From the NCBI RefSeq assembly GCF_009914755.1, contig NC_060936.1: DNA of 64,000 bases; one strand, written 5' to 3'. The notes beneath the pieces are model-generated. The model saw nothing but the letters and a program-made list of their open reading frames with translations. It ran no database searches and was not told where the DNA came from. This DNA comes from the human T2T-CHM13v2.0 reference genome, Homo sapiens. The position numbers and the translations under genes are program-made. This document shows positions 39,281 to 52,400 of the stretch, piece after piece. How positions within the stretch are numbered: position 1 is the first letter of the stretch; each line of letters starts with the position of its first letter.

Positions 39281-41648
39281 CTGTTCTCACGCTGCTAATT
39301 AAGATATACCCATTTATAAAGGAAAGAGGTCTAATTGACTCACAGTTCCACAGGGGTGTGGAGGTCTCACAATCATGGCAGAAGGTGAATGAGGAGCAAA
39401 GTCACATCTTATGTGGCAGCAGGCAACAGAACATGAGCAGGGGAACTGCCCTTTATAAAACCAACAGATCGCGTGAGACTTATTCACTATCATGAGAATG
39501 GCACAGGAAAAACCTGCTCCCATGATTCAATTACCTTCCACTGGGTCCCTCCCATGACACATGGGGATTATGGGAGCTACAATTCAAGATGAGATTTGGG
39601 TGAGGACTCAGCCAAACTACATCATCCAAACTATATCATCCCCCCGGCCCCTCCCAAATCTCATGTTCTCGCATTTCAAAACACAGTCATGCCTTTCCAA
39701 CAGTGCCTCAATATCTTAACTCATTCCAGCATTAACTCAAAAGTCCACAGTCCAAAGTCTCATCTGAGAAAAGGCAAGTCCTTTCTGCCTATAATCCTGT
39801 AAAATCAAAAGTAAGTTAGTTACTTCCTAGATACAATGGAGGTCCAGGCATTGGGTAAATACACCCATTCCAAATGGGAGAAATTGGCCAAAATGAAGGG
39901 ACTACGGGCCCCAGGCAAGTCCAAAATCCAGCAGGGCAGTAAAATTTTAAAGCTCCAAAATGATCTCCTTTGACGCCATGTCTCACATCCAGGGTACACT
40001 GATGTAAGAGGCAGGCTCCCATGGCCTTGGACAGCTCCGCCCCTGTGGTTTTGCAGGGTACAGCCCCCCTCCCGGCTACTTTCACAGGCCAGCATTGAGT
40101 ATCTGTGACTTTTCCAGGCACACAGTGCAACCTGTCAGTGGCTCTACCTTCTGGGGTCTGGAGAACGGTGGCCCTCTTCTTACAGCTCCACTAGGCAGTG
40201 CCCCAGTGCGGACTCTGTGTGGGAGCTCCAACCCCACATTTCCCCTCCACACTGCCCTAGCAGAGGTTCTCTTTGAGAGCCTTGTGCCTGCAGCAAACTT
40301 CTGCCTGGACATCCAGAAGTTTCCATACATCCTCCAAAATCTATGTGAAAGTTCCCAAACCTCAATTCTTGTCTTGTGTACACTGACAGGACCAACACCA
40401 CGTGGAAGTTGCCAATGCTTGGGGCTTGCATCCTCTGAAGCCATGGCCCAGGCTGTACCTTGGCTCCTTTTAGCCATGGCTGGAGCAGAAATGCAGGGCA
40501 CCAAGTCCCTAGGCTGCACAGAGCAGGGAGGCCCTGGGCCCAGCTCATGAAATCATTTTTTCCTCCTGTCTCTGGGCCTGGATGAGGGGGGCTGCCACAG
40601 AGGTCTCTGACATGCCCTGGAGACATTTTCCCCATTGTCTTGATGATTAACATTTGACTTCTCATTATTTACCCAAATTTCTGCAGCTGGCTTCAATTTC
40701 TCCTCAGAAAATGAATTTTTCCCTTCTATTGCATCATCAGGCTGCAAATTTTCTGAACTTTTATGGTCTGCTCCCCTTTTAAACTAAGTTGCAATTCCAA
40801 ACCATGTCTCTGTGAATATATAAAACTGAATGCTTTTATCAGCATCCAAGTCACCTCTTGAACAGTTTGCTGCTTAGAAATTTCTTCCACCAGATACCCT
40901 AAATCATCTCTCTCAAGTTCCAAGCTCCACAGATCTCTAGGGCAGGGGCAAAATGCCACCAGTCTCCTTGCATAGCAAGAGTGACCTTTACTCCAGTTCC
41001 CAACAAGTTCTTCATCTCCATCTGAGACCACCTCAGCCTGGACCTTATTGTCCATATCATTATCAGCATTTTGGTCAGAGCCATTCAACAAGTCTCTAGA
41101 AAGTTCCAAGCTTTCCCACATCTTCCTGTCCTCTGAGCCCTCCCAGTCTCTAGGAAGTTCCAAACTTTCCCACATTTTCCTGTCTTCTTCTGAGCCCTCC
41201 AAACTGTTCCAACCTCTGCCTGTAAGTTACTTCCACATTTTTGAGTATCTTTACGGCAGCATCTCACTCTACTGGTACCAATTTACTGTATTAGTCTGTT
41301 CTCATGCTGCTAATAAAGGCATACTCGAGGCTGGGTAACTTACAAAGGAAAGAGGTTTAACTGACTCACAGTTCCACATGGCTGGGGAGGCCTCACAATT
41401 ATGGCGGAAGGTGAATGAGGGGCAAAGTCATGTCTTACGTGGTTGCAGGCAAAGAGTATGTGCGGGGGAACTCCCCTTTATAAAACCATCAGATCTCCTG
41501 AGACTTATTAACTATCATGAGAACTGCTCAGGAAAAACCTGCCCCCATGATTCAATAACCTCCCATTGGGTACCTTCCACAACATGTAAGAATTATAAGA
41601 GCTACAATTCAAGATGAGATTTGGGTGGGGACAGAACCAAACCATACA
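39281..41648 (-). mobile_element. Full-length THE1 (THE1C-like): 5'LTR 41287-41648, internal region, 3'LTR ~39281-39638
   Basis: Two LTRs flank a ~1.65 kb MaLR internal region (WESLELPRD, DGDEELVGNWSKG). Confidence 0.95.
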
Positions 41649-41900
41649 CAAAACATATATATATATATTTGCTACTAAGAGGATTTTGATTGATTGTACT
41701 CTATTATTGGTAATAATTAGACAAAGTGGGAGCTAGGAACAGGAAAACAAAAAGAAGATAAAGCAAATGGCAGAGCAGGGTAAAGAAGCTTTTTCATCAA
41801 TATTAGATCTTACTACTTTTTGTCTAATAAGAAGAAAGGTTCCTGCCACATACATGAAGTATGCTTCCAACATATCTTAACATCATTTCACTAGGATTAC

Positions 41901-42004
41901 CCTGACACTGAGGTGGTGGAAGAGTGGAAGTCAGTAATCACAGGTCCTAACATTGAAATTTGACACAGGACCTTATGAAAAAGCCCTCTTGGTATGAATA
42001 TAAG
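41901..42004 (-). pseudogene. Candidate pseudo-exon (C-terminal half of a cadherin repeat)
   Basis: Strong acceptor tattttacttttttgcag, donor GG|gtaatc. YIHTKRAFS*GPVSNFNVRTCDY*LP then a shift to HSSTTSVS resembles I.T...LD.E...F.V.A.D.G.P.LSST..V. Confidence 0.65.
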
Positions 42005-43072
42005 CTGCAAAAAAGTAAAATAGATGTATAGCAATGAAACTGAGGAAAATAGAAAGCCTAAGAAGTTTCTAATGATCAAGTGATTGCCAAGGAATGATTT
42101 TACAATGCTCATTATTGTTCACTAAGATGTGTAATATGTCATCTCTAACCTCTGTATAGAATGTTCAGTTTTAATTGCTCTATCTTAGCGAATCAAACTT
42201 CTATATTTGATAAGGTCTTTTCTAAATTTACTTGTGACTTCAGTAAAGAGAAAATGGGTCCTAAATTAGGGTAGTAGCAATGAAAATAGCAGATCACATA
42301 AAATGCTGTGTTCTCACTTCATAAGGGTAGATGGTACTGCCTCAATACAATTTAGGGGCGAATATAAAAAGTTTCACATTTGTACATGTTGCCATATGAC
42401 ACACTTTCAGTGGATTCAGACCAAGATTTTTATACCATAAGTAGTTTTACATGGGATCTTTAGCACAAAAAAAATGACCTAGGTAAAAAATAGTTAAATC
42501 CATGAGATAGAATTGGGGTGAATATCAACATGGAGGGATTGAAAGGATAAGGAGGAGTATCCAATAGAGCAGTTAAGAGAAGAAACACAAGAAAAAAGTG
42601 TTACAGAAGACAAAGGAGAAACAGGGGTGGTTAGAATTGTTCTTCAGCCTAGATGTACGAGTTACATTGAGTCAGATATTATGACATATTACATAGCCTT
42701 TCTATAGTGGAGAAAGTCTTGTAATATTAAAGGGAAATATAATGAAACAGTGCAAAGTTAATACAGAAGAACAAATATCTGAAGGTTTTAGCTCTGGAAA
42801 CAGAAAAAAAAAACAGTAAAATGCTACACCACTGGTTCAAGACAAATTACAGTGCACATAAAAATGCTTTGAGCTAAACACTCTTAGAATTAATAAACTG
42901 TCTGGTTATTCAATATAAATTCACTTGATTTATACCAAAGATTCATCTGCATTCTACAGAGGGAAAAAATCCATTTTCTCTTCTCTTTCTAAAGGATTTC
43001 TGGACTCTGAAAGAAAGTCTATGATGATTAATAAAAGTCTGTTAGAAATTTGTGTTCAGAGAAAAAATGTAA

Positions 43073-43246
<174 letters not shown>

Positions 43247-43284
43247 GAAAAAATGTAATATTTTGTACATAAAGATGATATTAC

Positions 43285-43408
43285 TTCCAGGCCAACTATC
43301 AGCCAAAATGGTTTTGAATTTTTTTTTATTCTATGGAAGGTACAATTTATACTGAATTTTCTAGAACTTTCCTATGTGAAGCATATCATACACTAATTAA
43401 ATGGTTAG
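43285..43408 (-). pseudogene. Candidate pseudo-exon fragment
   Basis: Acceptor ccctatctccag, donor AA|gtaata. Contains KVLENS (V.EN motif) and KPFWLI in different frames. Confidence 0.3.
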
Positions 43409-43652
43409 CTGGAGATAGGGACATGGTGTATGGCCTGCTCCAGGCTTTCTCCACTTTCATCTTATCTTAAGTTTAGTGCCATGATAACTGCCACATCCAA
43501 AAATAATTTAACAGAGATCATATTTTAGAAATATTAAACTGATATATTTTTCCATTTCCCCTAAATTATAGTGACTTGCATTTCCCTACCTATTTTATTA
43601 AATAACCTATCAGATAAAATTAAGACAATCTCTGGACAGTGAGGCTTGTTAC

Positions 43653-43952
43653 TCATTTTCCCTGGCACACACTACAAACACTTCAAACTCTCCTCAAAGT
43701 AGTGCTGTGTCTACCACTTTATGGTACTGCCCAGGCAGTGGGATCGAAATGGTTTAGAGAGTCATCTGAGTAGAGAAGACCTGAAATGGTCTCTCTCAAA
43801 TCTCCCACAGTCATAGAGATGGGGTGAAGAACCAGAAATGTATATGGATTTCCAAGGCCTTTTCAAAGGTGAATGGAACATGGTTGAAAATTAACAGTGA
43901 GCTCAAGTGCTTAAGGTCACCACGTTACTACTTTGAGTCAAGATATGTTTGA
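43653..43952 (-). pseudogene. Candidate pseudo-exon (cadherin EC-like)
   Basis: Acceptor ctgtctctacag. Frames give KHILTQSS/RGDLKHLSS, NPYTFLVLHPISMTVGDL and TAL/FEE/FVVCAREN. 3' end uncertain; it may run on to ~43285. Confidence 0.6.
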
Positions 43953-44219
43953 CTGTAGAGACAGGTTTATCTCTCTTTTCCTCAGAAGCCTATAATAATT
44001 TCCAACTACCTATTTTTATAAACTAAAATTATTTCATCTGAAGTTCCCCTTCCCCAGGATTTTCAATCCCTTGATTCCACAACATACACATGTACTTCTG
44101 ATCTCCTTAATCGTCTCTACTTCTCATTTAGGTTCCCTTGCTCCTGCCAGGCTCCTTTCCATTAGGTCATCTATATTGCCAGTTTCAAAACCTGGTAAAA
44201 TTACCTAAATTATGTCTTA

Positions 44220-44870
44220 ATGAAGTATAACTTAACTTTCTGGAAAACAACTTGGCAATCTATACAAAAGCCTTAAAAAAGATACTAACCTCTGTCCAAT
44301 GATTCCATTTTTCTGAGCAAATATAATAAAAGATACAGAGCTTAATGCATAAAGATATCCATCAGAACATAATTCAGAAGAGGAAACTAATGGAAACCAC
44401 CTAAATGAATGTATGGTACAATAGGGCGACTATAGTTAACAATAATTTATAGCATATTTCAAGATAATAAAAAGAGTGAAATTAGAATGCTCCTAACACA
44501 AAAAAATGATAAATGCTTGAGGTGATAGACACCCCAATTACCCTGATTTGACTATGACACACTATATCTTTGTATTAAAATATCACTTGTACCCCATAAA
44601 TATGTGCAACTATTATGTATCCACATAACTAAAAATAAAAACATTTTTTAAAAAAGAATCTCAGTAGGGTGGTTAGTCAACATGGTACATTTCTATAATC
44701 AAATATTATGTAATCATTAAAACAGTTACATAGGAATATACTAAAAATATAATGCTGAAAAAAGTACAGTATGTATTTATTTTAAAAATTCCAATTTTGA
44801 GCACATATAAACATATATAGATATGTGAATTAATATGAAAAAATTCACAAAAATGTTAACTCATGTGTTT
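44220..44870 (+). mobile_element. L1ME 3' fragment with nested L1MA 3' end (~44410-44655)
   Basis: L1 3'UTR motifs (ttctggaaaacaacttggcaat; atagggcgactatagttaacaataa). Confidence 0.7.
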
Positions 44871-44899
44871 ATTTTCAGTGCTCATTCATTTAAAACATT

Positions 44900-44952
44900 C
44901 ACTCACACCCACACCCACCCACACACACACACACATACACACACACACACAC
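44900..44952. repeat. (CA)n microsatellite
   Basis: Directly visible. Confidence 0.9.
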
Positions 44953-46232
44953 GCTTATTTACCATCTAACTTCTCTAAACAAAAAAGGCATAGTCCTTAC
45001 TCTATGGAGTTGCCGGTCTAATGGGGAAGGTACATTTAACAAGTAATTACAACAGATTATAGTAACACATTCCCTTTTTCTTAATTATCTGTCTCTATTA
45101 TAACTGCCAACTCCATGATGGTAGAGATCCTATTTCTCATGTCTGTCCCTTGCATCCACAGCATCTACCACAGCGTACAGGATCATAAATATTTCATGAA
45201 TGTAGAGGAGGCCCAGAGACTAAATGGGAGCATATTAGCAGGAGGGCCTAAAATAACTCAGGAGGTTTGAAAACTTTTTTGAGGGCAAGTGCCATTTAAA
45301 ATAAACTCTAAAGAAAGAGGAAGAACTAGCCAGGTGAAGGAGGTTGAAAACACTGCTCAAGGTAGAAAATGGCTACAGGTAAAAGAAGTGGTGTTCACTG
45401 AATTCATAGACTCAAACAGTGGTTATTTCCGAATAAGGGTTTGTAGGCAATTTCTTTTTCAAATTTACTTCAGTGAAGGCGTATTTTTGTGTCCATCAGA
45501 GAAACAATAGTCTAAACTAAACAGATTTTAAAATCTCTGACTTCTCAGAGATCACCCTGATTTTACATGTTTATTTTCTTACTTTGAACTGTCTCTATAC
45601 ATACAATATGGAACAAATTATTGCAAATTCAGTGTCCTACTTTAGAACTATCTTATACTTCCTCCTATATTTTAAGTTCTTTCGGGTAAAGAATATTTTT
45701 TTTTTCCTTTCCTTTATTTGGTATCTTCCATAGCACTGGTATTGTGCTGTGTACCCAGTATGCTGTATTTTAAAGTTAAATAATTATAGTCGAGAATACT
45801 GATCTTATTATCTGGTGGCTAGTTTTTGTTCCAATGACTTTACAGAGTTAGTCCCAGAGAAACCAATGAGAATTATGAAATTTTCTTTTATATAACTTTA
45901 AAAAATTTATCTCGTTCGATAAAAATACTTCATACCGAATTAGAATAAAAATTAATATTATTTATTATCCTAAAATCTCAGAGACAGATGTTTTTATTTT
46001 TTTCCAGGATAAAGAGCAAAGAAAAATATTCTGATGGTCAAAGTAACCATGACTACGGTTTTCAGACTTATAACAAGTGTTATTTTCATACACTCTATAT
46101 TGGTAAAAATAATATATTCTTATAAAATATATTTGTGGTGAAGCTTACTTTTATACTGCAACAAAATTCTTAAAATTATTCATTAATTCTACCATCAGTA
46201 GCTTCTAGGGTAACTATTTTTCCAGTAAATAC

Positions 46233-47125
46233 CATAGTGTGGACTCTTGAGAGACCAGAAGCGGTCCCTGCCCCCGAAAATATGTAAAATTGCCACTCTG
46301 GTTACTACTAAGACCATAAATCCATTTTACCATTGTTACCTCGATTCTCAAGGGTAAGGAATAATTCTCAGCTTCCCCATTCCAGGCCCATATCTAAAGG
46401 GTAGCACAAGTTTGATAGGGGCTCTCTTCGAGAAAGAGGAACAGTGTGGCATTAGCTATGTTACTAGAAAGACCCAATCCCTAGTCAAAGCCATTGAGTC
46501 TTGCCCCTCTACATAAATGGATATAGACCCTCACATCTAGAGCTGCATTCTAGGCTATTAAACAATCTTTTTCAATTGCTGTTGCTGGTATCTAAAATTT
46601 CAAATTATCTTTAGACAATGTTTCAGCTTCTATGATAACATTTCAGAAACAGAGCAAATAATGTGTATGGTTTATTTAAACTATACTCAAATGTACTGAA
46701 AATTGGTTCACATTTCCAAAGAAACTCTGTGAATAAGTACAGCATGCTATTATACTTTAAGACTGTCATTCTGTTCATACTAATATAATGGTGACTTTAT
46801 TACTAGAAACAAGATTTTCTCTATCTGGGTAATTTTAGTTCTGTTCATTTTAGCAAAATTGTAATGACTAGAACCATCTTGGTGGTTGATCTAAAGCACA
46901 CGAAATGCTCTTTATTTTGCCAGCTACAAACATGTTAATATGAAATGCATTCACAGAACGGAAGGACAGTTCCTTTCTAAAGTACTACGGTTTGAAGTGA
47001 ATAGTCCTATCATGGCAAAGCACAAGTGGAAGGAAACTGACCATTAGGTCACTATTGGATGGTAAGGGTATTTCATTCCACTATCCACCCCACAACTCAA
47101 AAGAGGAATCTGACCTAGTGGCTTA
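46233..47125 (-). pseudogene. Candidate large pseudo-exon (several cadherin repeats)
   Basis: Strong acceptor (T-run)catttccaatctctag, donor TG|gtattt. Motifs across frameshifts: SSFELW/VDSG, GKIKSISCALDQ, KVTIIL/EQND, LFLFLEESPYQTCATL/LDMGL/NGEAENYSL, NRGNNGKMD/YGLSSNQSGNF, SLKSPHY (LDYE-like). Internal structure uncertain. Confidence 0.65.
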
Positions 47126-47326
47126 CTAGAGATTGGAAATGAAAAAAAAAAAAGGTGAAAAGAATTTATTTTTATTTATATACTTGGCCAGAAATTAGAG
47201 AGAAGCTTTTATAATACAGATATCAAAGGGTTCTGAAGAAAAAGACATGGAGAAGGACTGAAGAGAAGAGAAAGAAGATGAAGACAATAACGAGAAAAGA
47301 AAAAGAATGTTAGACTATGAAAGTTT

Positions 47327-47936
47327 TTTCAATGAAAAGAGTCAAACTCTGTCAAATATTTGAAGAGATTTATTCTGAGCCAAATACGAGTGAGCAATGG
47401 CCCATGACACAGCTCTCAGGAGATCCTGAGAACATGTGCCCAAGGTGCTCAGGGAACAGCCTAGTTTTATACATTTTAGGGAGACAAAAAACACATCAGT
47501 CACATACCTGAAAGATATACATTGGTTCAGCCCAAAAAGGTGGGACAACTCAAGGGAAATGGGGGGTGTTCCAAGCTATAGGTTGATTAAGAAATTTTCT
47601 GATCAGTAATTGGTTGAAACAGTTATTATCAATAGAAATGAATGTCTAGGTTATGATAAGGGTTTATGGAGACCAAAGTTTTATTATGCAGATGAAGCCT
47701 CCAGGTAGCAGGCTTCAGAGAGAACAGATTGTAAGTGTTTCTTATCAGATTTAAAGAGTCTGTTCTATCAGTAGTTCAAAAATAGAGGAGAGTATAATGA
47801 GGCACGTCCATCCCTCAACCCCCATCATGGCCAGAACCAGCTTTTCAGGTTAAATTTGGAGTGCCCTGGCCAAGAGGAGAGGTCCATTCAGATGGTTGGG
47901 GTTGGGGGGGTCTTATAATTTTATTTTTGGTTTACA
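47327..47936 (-). mobile_element. MER4-family solo LTR (ERV1)
   Basis: Reverse strand starts tgtaaaccaaaaataaaatt; gagatttattctgagccaaat motif. Confidence 0.85.
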
Positions 47937-48112
47937 GTCCTCATGAAGTACAGTGATATAATAATCAAAGAAAACATTAATTTTGGTAGTCAGAGACCAA
48001 ATACAGATGACTGCAGTCAGAATCTTGTGATTCTGAATTTTAGTTTCCTATTGAAAAAAGTTTGAAATTCAGAAGCACAATAACATAATTTATAAAGAAT
48101 ACCTAAACTTAC

Positions 48113-48223
48113 TTCATTAAGGAAATGGGTAGGCATCAAGGAATGAACATTCTCTGCAACAAATAATACACTATGGCAAATAATTTAATGTTAAGGTACA
48201 TAAGAATTCTTCTCATCCGAATA
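48113..48223 (-). pseudogene. Candidate pseudo-exon (EC linker/start)
   Basis: Acceptor ttttcttttattgatatccag and consensus donor AA|gtaagt. Translates YSDEKNSYVP*H*IICHSVLFVAENV (D.ND..P-like, then V.EN). Confidence 0.5.
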
Positions 48224-48879
48224 CTGGATATCAATAAAAGAAAACATTGATTGATTTCAACAAATGATCCTTAATTAAAACAATCGAAGCGATAAAGAAG
48301 GAATTATCAAACATAAATTGCTAAACTAGTAGCAGACAGCTTTTACATTTAGCTTCATTTGTTAAATGAAGTAAAATGCCTATCTTACTTCAAAGAATGT
48401 TTTAAAAATTATATCAGTAGGATTAGGTTGTGACAATAGCATTTAAATTCCATGAGAACTTATTATAAGGAAACTGCCTACCCTGACATTTCCTCCATGG
48501 TAAAAGAAAAGCATTCTTATTTATAATAAATAAATTTTCTTTAGTCTTTTTCAGTTTACAAAGTGCCTGTATACACATTATCATTTATGCTGACAAGCAG
48601 CTGGTGCAGTGGGTGTTTTTTTTTAATCTCCGTCTTGACAGAGAGCAGCAAAGCACACAGTCTTAGATGCTAGAATCCATGATCTATCACTGAATAGTTT
48701 GTGACTTCAGGCAAGTTATTTAAACTCTCTAAATCTCATTCTCCCCCTATCTAAAATGGGGGTATTTATCTGCCTCATAGGGTTGTTATAAAGACTAAAT
48801 TAACCAATAACTGTGAAGTGCTTAAACTGTCAAGTGCTGGAGTTAGCTGTTATTACTACAGATAAAACTGAAGTGGTCC

Positions 48880-49555
48880 TGAGGATGAGGAGAAATTGGA
48901 AACTTCGTGTACTGTTGTAAGAATGCAAATTTATGCAGTCATTATGAAAAACAGTATGAAATTTCCTCAAAAAACTAAAAATAGAACCACCATATAATTT
49001 AGCAATCCCACTTTTGAGTATTTATCTAAAGGAAATAAAATCAGGGTCCTGGAGGCACTTGCACAATCATGTTCATTGCAACATTATTCATTAACAGCCA
49101 AGATGTAGAAACAACCTAAATGTCTATCAACAGATGAATATTTTCATCAGAAAATGTGATACACAGACACACACTCATACGGTGGAATATTATTCAGCCT
49201 TTAAAAAGAAGTAAATCCTGCAATATGTGACATGGATGAATCTTCAGGACATTATGCTTAGCAAAATACACCAGTCACAGAAGGACAAATACTACATCAT
49301 TCCACTTAAATGTGAAATCTAAAATGATCAAACTCACAGAGGCATAGAGTAGAATCGTGGTTGGTACGGGCTGGGGAGAGGAAGAAATGGGGAGTTGCTA
49401 TTCAATGGATATAAAGTTTCAGTTATGCAAGATGAATAAGCTCTAGAAATCTGCAGTACAAATACCATGTTTATAGTCAACAATACTGTACTGTACACAA
49501 AATTTGTTAAGAAGGTAAATCTGATGTTAAGTGTTCTTACTATAATAAAAAAAAA
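48880..49555 (+). mobile_element. L1MB 3' end
   Basis: L1 3' ORF2/3'UTR with A-rich end. Confidence 0.85.
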
Positions 49556-49776
49556 TTATGGTTCATAGAACTGGCCTAAAACTACAGAGTAAATAATCAG
49601 AAGAGTCAGGATTCAAATTCTAATCTTTTACATAAGGTCAAGTGACTTTAAGTAAACCTTAAAATCTAATCCACATTAGTTAAAGCAATATGTTATTCCT
49701 GAAAGAGCATAGACTTTGGTGCAGACTTAGGCACAAATAATAGTTTAACTCATCAGTGAAATAGAGACATAAATAC

Positions 49777-49883
49777 CTAACTTGTATAGTCATATAAGAA
49801 TTAAATGAGAACAGAAACTCCATGAGACCAAAATGTAAGAACTTTATAAATTTAAAATTGATGTCTTGCAATATGTGGCCTCA
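49777..49883 (-). pseudogene. Candidate pseudo-exon (end of an EC repeat)
   Basis: Acceptor aatattttcag, donor AG|gtattt. Frames give GHILQ, SSYILV and NSYMTIQV. Confidence 0.4.
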
Positions 49884-50771
49884 CTGAAAATATTTTAAGA
49901 GGTCCCTAAACCTATAATGTTATGGTTACCAGCCACAAAAGACATATGAGTTAGTAAGATCTTACAAGATTGTTTCCTTAATGCAATAGATGCTAATATT
50001 TTGACAAGCTTCAATGAGAATTTACTCTCGTGTTATTAGAAAATTGTGTGAAAATAGTATGAATTGTTCCAATTGCCTGTATATTTTATATATTCTTTTT
50101 CTAGTAAAAAATGAAAAGTAATAAGATGAATATTTTATTTTAAATGCTGAAATGTACAAAACACATTTTTCAGAAAAGAGGAAATCTTATTAGTATTAGT
50201 ATGTATCAACTCATTTTAGAAAATATAAAACTAATTATGTCCAACTGAACAAATTAACACCATCATAGTCTAGCTAAGCATTCCAAGGTCGTTCCTTTAA
50301 TTTTATGATCTCGCACATTAACTCATATTAAAGAAAAGAAGATTCAAGTAAATCTACTTGGGTTAAAACATGCCCCTGTATAATACCTCTTAACACCTTT
50401 AAATAAATGATTCAAAACAAAATACATATGCTTTGTGCATAGTACATAGCATACATCTTTTATTGTACTAAAATATGCAACTAATCCTTCAATTCAACCA
50501 CTACATTATTCCTGGGGAATTTTCTCACCAACTTTTGAAATTACAACCTAAGTTTTTGTAAGTATCCAAAAATCAACACAGTTTGGTTCATTGGCAAATG
50601 TTTGTGATATCAATTTAAATAGATGCATGGCATCTGTGAAATATGAGATGCTGGGCTCCACAGCTAGCTATGAAATAATTTTAAAGCCAGAAACTACCTT
50701 GCCAAAACAAATTAGTTGGTAGACTCTTCGATCTGAATAACAATGTATATTTTTATTTTCAATAAATAGAA

Positions 50772-51210
50772 ATATATTAAATTTCTAGCACTGCCACAAC
50801 AAACTACCATAAATTGAGTGGCTTAAAAAAAACAAAAATTTCCTATCTCAGTTTTGGAAGCTAAAAGTATAAATCAAGATGTGAGTAGAACCATGTTCCC
50901 TCTAAAGGCTCCAGAGAAGGATCTTTCCTTGCTTCTTTCAATCTTCTCATGGTATCATCAATCCTTGGTGTTCCTTGGCTTGAAGGTGCATTACCCCAAT
51001 CTCTGCCTATATACTCATATAAACCTTTTTCCTGTGTGTCCTGTGTGTGCCTCTGTGTCCTCTCCTCTTGTTATAAGGATAAAAAATCATATTGGATTTA
51101 GAACCCATCCTACTCTAGTATGTCCGCATCTTAACTAATTATACCTGCAAAGCCCCTACTTGCAAATATGGTCATATTTTGAGGTTATGATGAACATGAA
51201 TTTTGACCTA
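50772..51210 (-). mobile_element. MLT1B/C LTR
   Basis: ctgccacaacaaactaccataaattgagtggcttaaaa. Confidence 0.8.
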
Positions 51211-51912
51211 GTATGGGGGTAGGTTTATGCTTATTTCATGCAATTTTAATCTTTAAAGTATGTTTAAGCTGTAAAATTCTGTGATTCCATAATTGTGAGA
51301 CCAAAAAATAAACTTTGTCTAGCACAAAAATGCACAAGTTGTTTTCTCAAAATTAGTGATTTTCTCATAATTAAAATGTTTATTACCAAATCAGTTAATC
51401 CTATATGTAAACATTACAGTACTTCCTCATGTTTCTGGACTTTACTCATGTAGGTCTTTAATTTCACTACGCTACTTTTACCTCAGGATAGGGCAAAAAA
51501 GAGAAGTAAGGAAGCATCTATATTGTTAGGATCAGAGTGCAGGACCGAGGAGACCAGGAGAGGATACTGATGAGCAAAAAATGAATTCATTCCTTTTGAG
51601 TAGATTCCTAGGAGTGGAATTGCTGAGTCATATGGTAAATTTATGTTTTACTTTTTAAGAAAACACAAACTATTTTATTGAAATGACTATGCAATTTTAT
51701 ATTTCTACCAACAATGCATAAAATTCTAGTTTCTCCACATCCTAACCAACACTAATATTGTCCATCTTTATTATTACAGTCATTAAAATTACATTATAAT
51801 TGTAATCTGTATTGCTCTAATGACTAGTGATGTGCCAGGAAGTCTTCTTAGTGGTCGTTATAAAAGGTGAATAATACATAATACTTGCCTTTACAACATT
51901 TAATGTCTGAGG

Positions 51913-51943
<31 letters not shown>

Positions 51944-52400
51944 GCAAAAATTACAACACACCACATTAAATGTACACACACTGTTATACCTTTTACTAAA
52001 TAGTTTTGTGAAATTTGGACATTTTCCCTTATGAATGAAGAATTTTGTGGAAATTCAACTAAGATTAAACAAAGCCCAAGATTATATACAAGCCATCAAC
52101 CTGTGAAGTATTTCCTCCATGTACTTCTGATCTTTAAAGCAATCATGTAAGACGTTCTCTCAACTAAGTACTTCATTTTCTTTAAAGGACATTTGCAATA
52201 GAATAAAGTACAAAGTAATGCTGCATTTAAGTGTCCTCAGGGAAAAGAAATGAACATTATTATTTTAGCAGAATGTCCAAAAGGTGATTTTAACGACAAT
52301 AGACTTTTCTGATGATGATTTTTACTGATTTTCTCATAGATAAAATGTTTATTATCAAATCAGTTAATCCTATATCAAATGGTTTCTATAATAAAAATAC

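Noticed and set aside
41090-41200. ~50-bp direct duplication (WESLELPRD / WESLELSRD)
   Set aside because: From memory, a recurring feature of THE1 internal sequences; not locus-specific.
39816-41338. Cluster of long overlapping ORFs (up to 161 aa)
   Set aside because: They lie in the THE1 internal region, which is GC-rich and routinely yields such ORFs.
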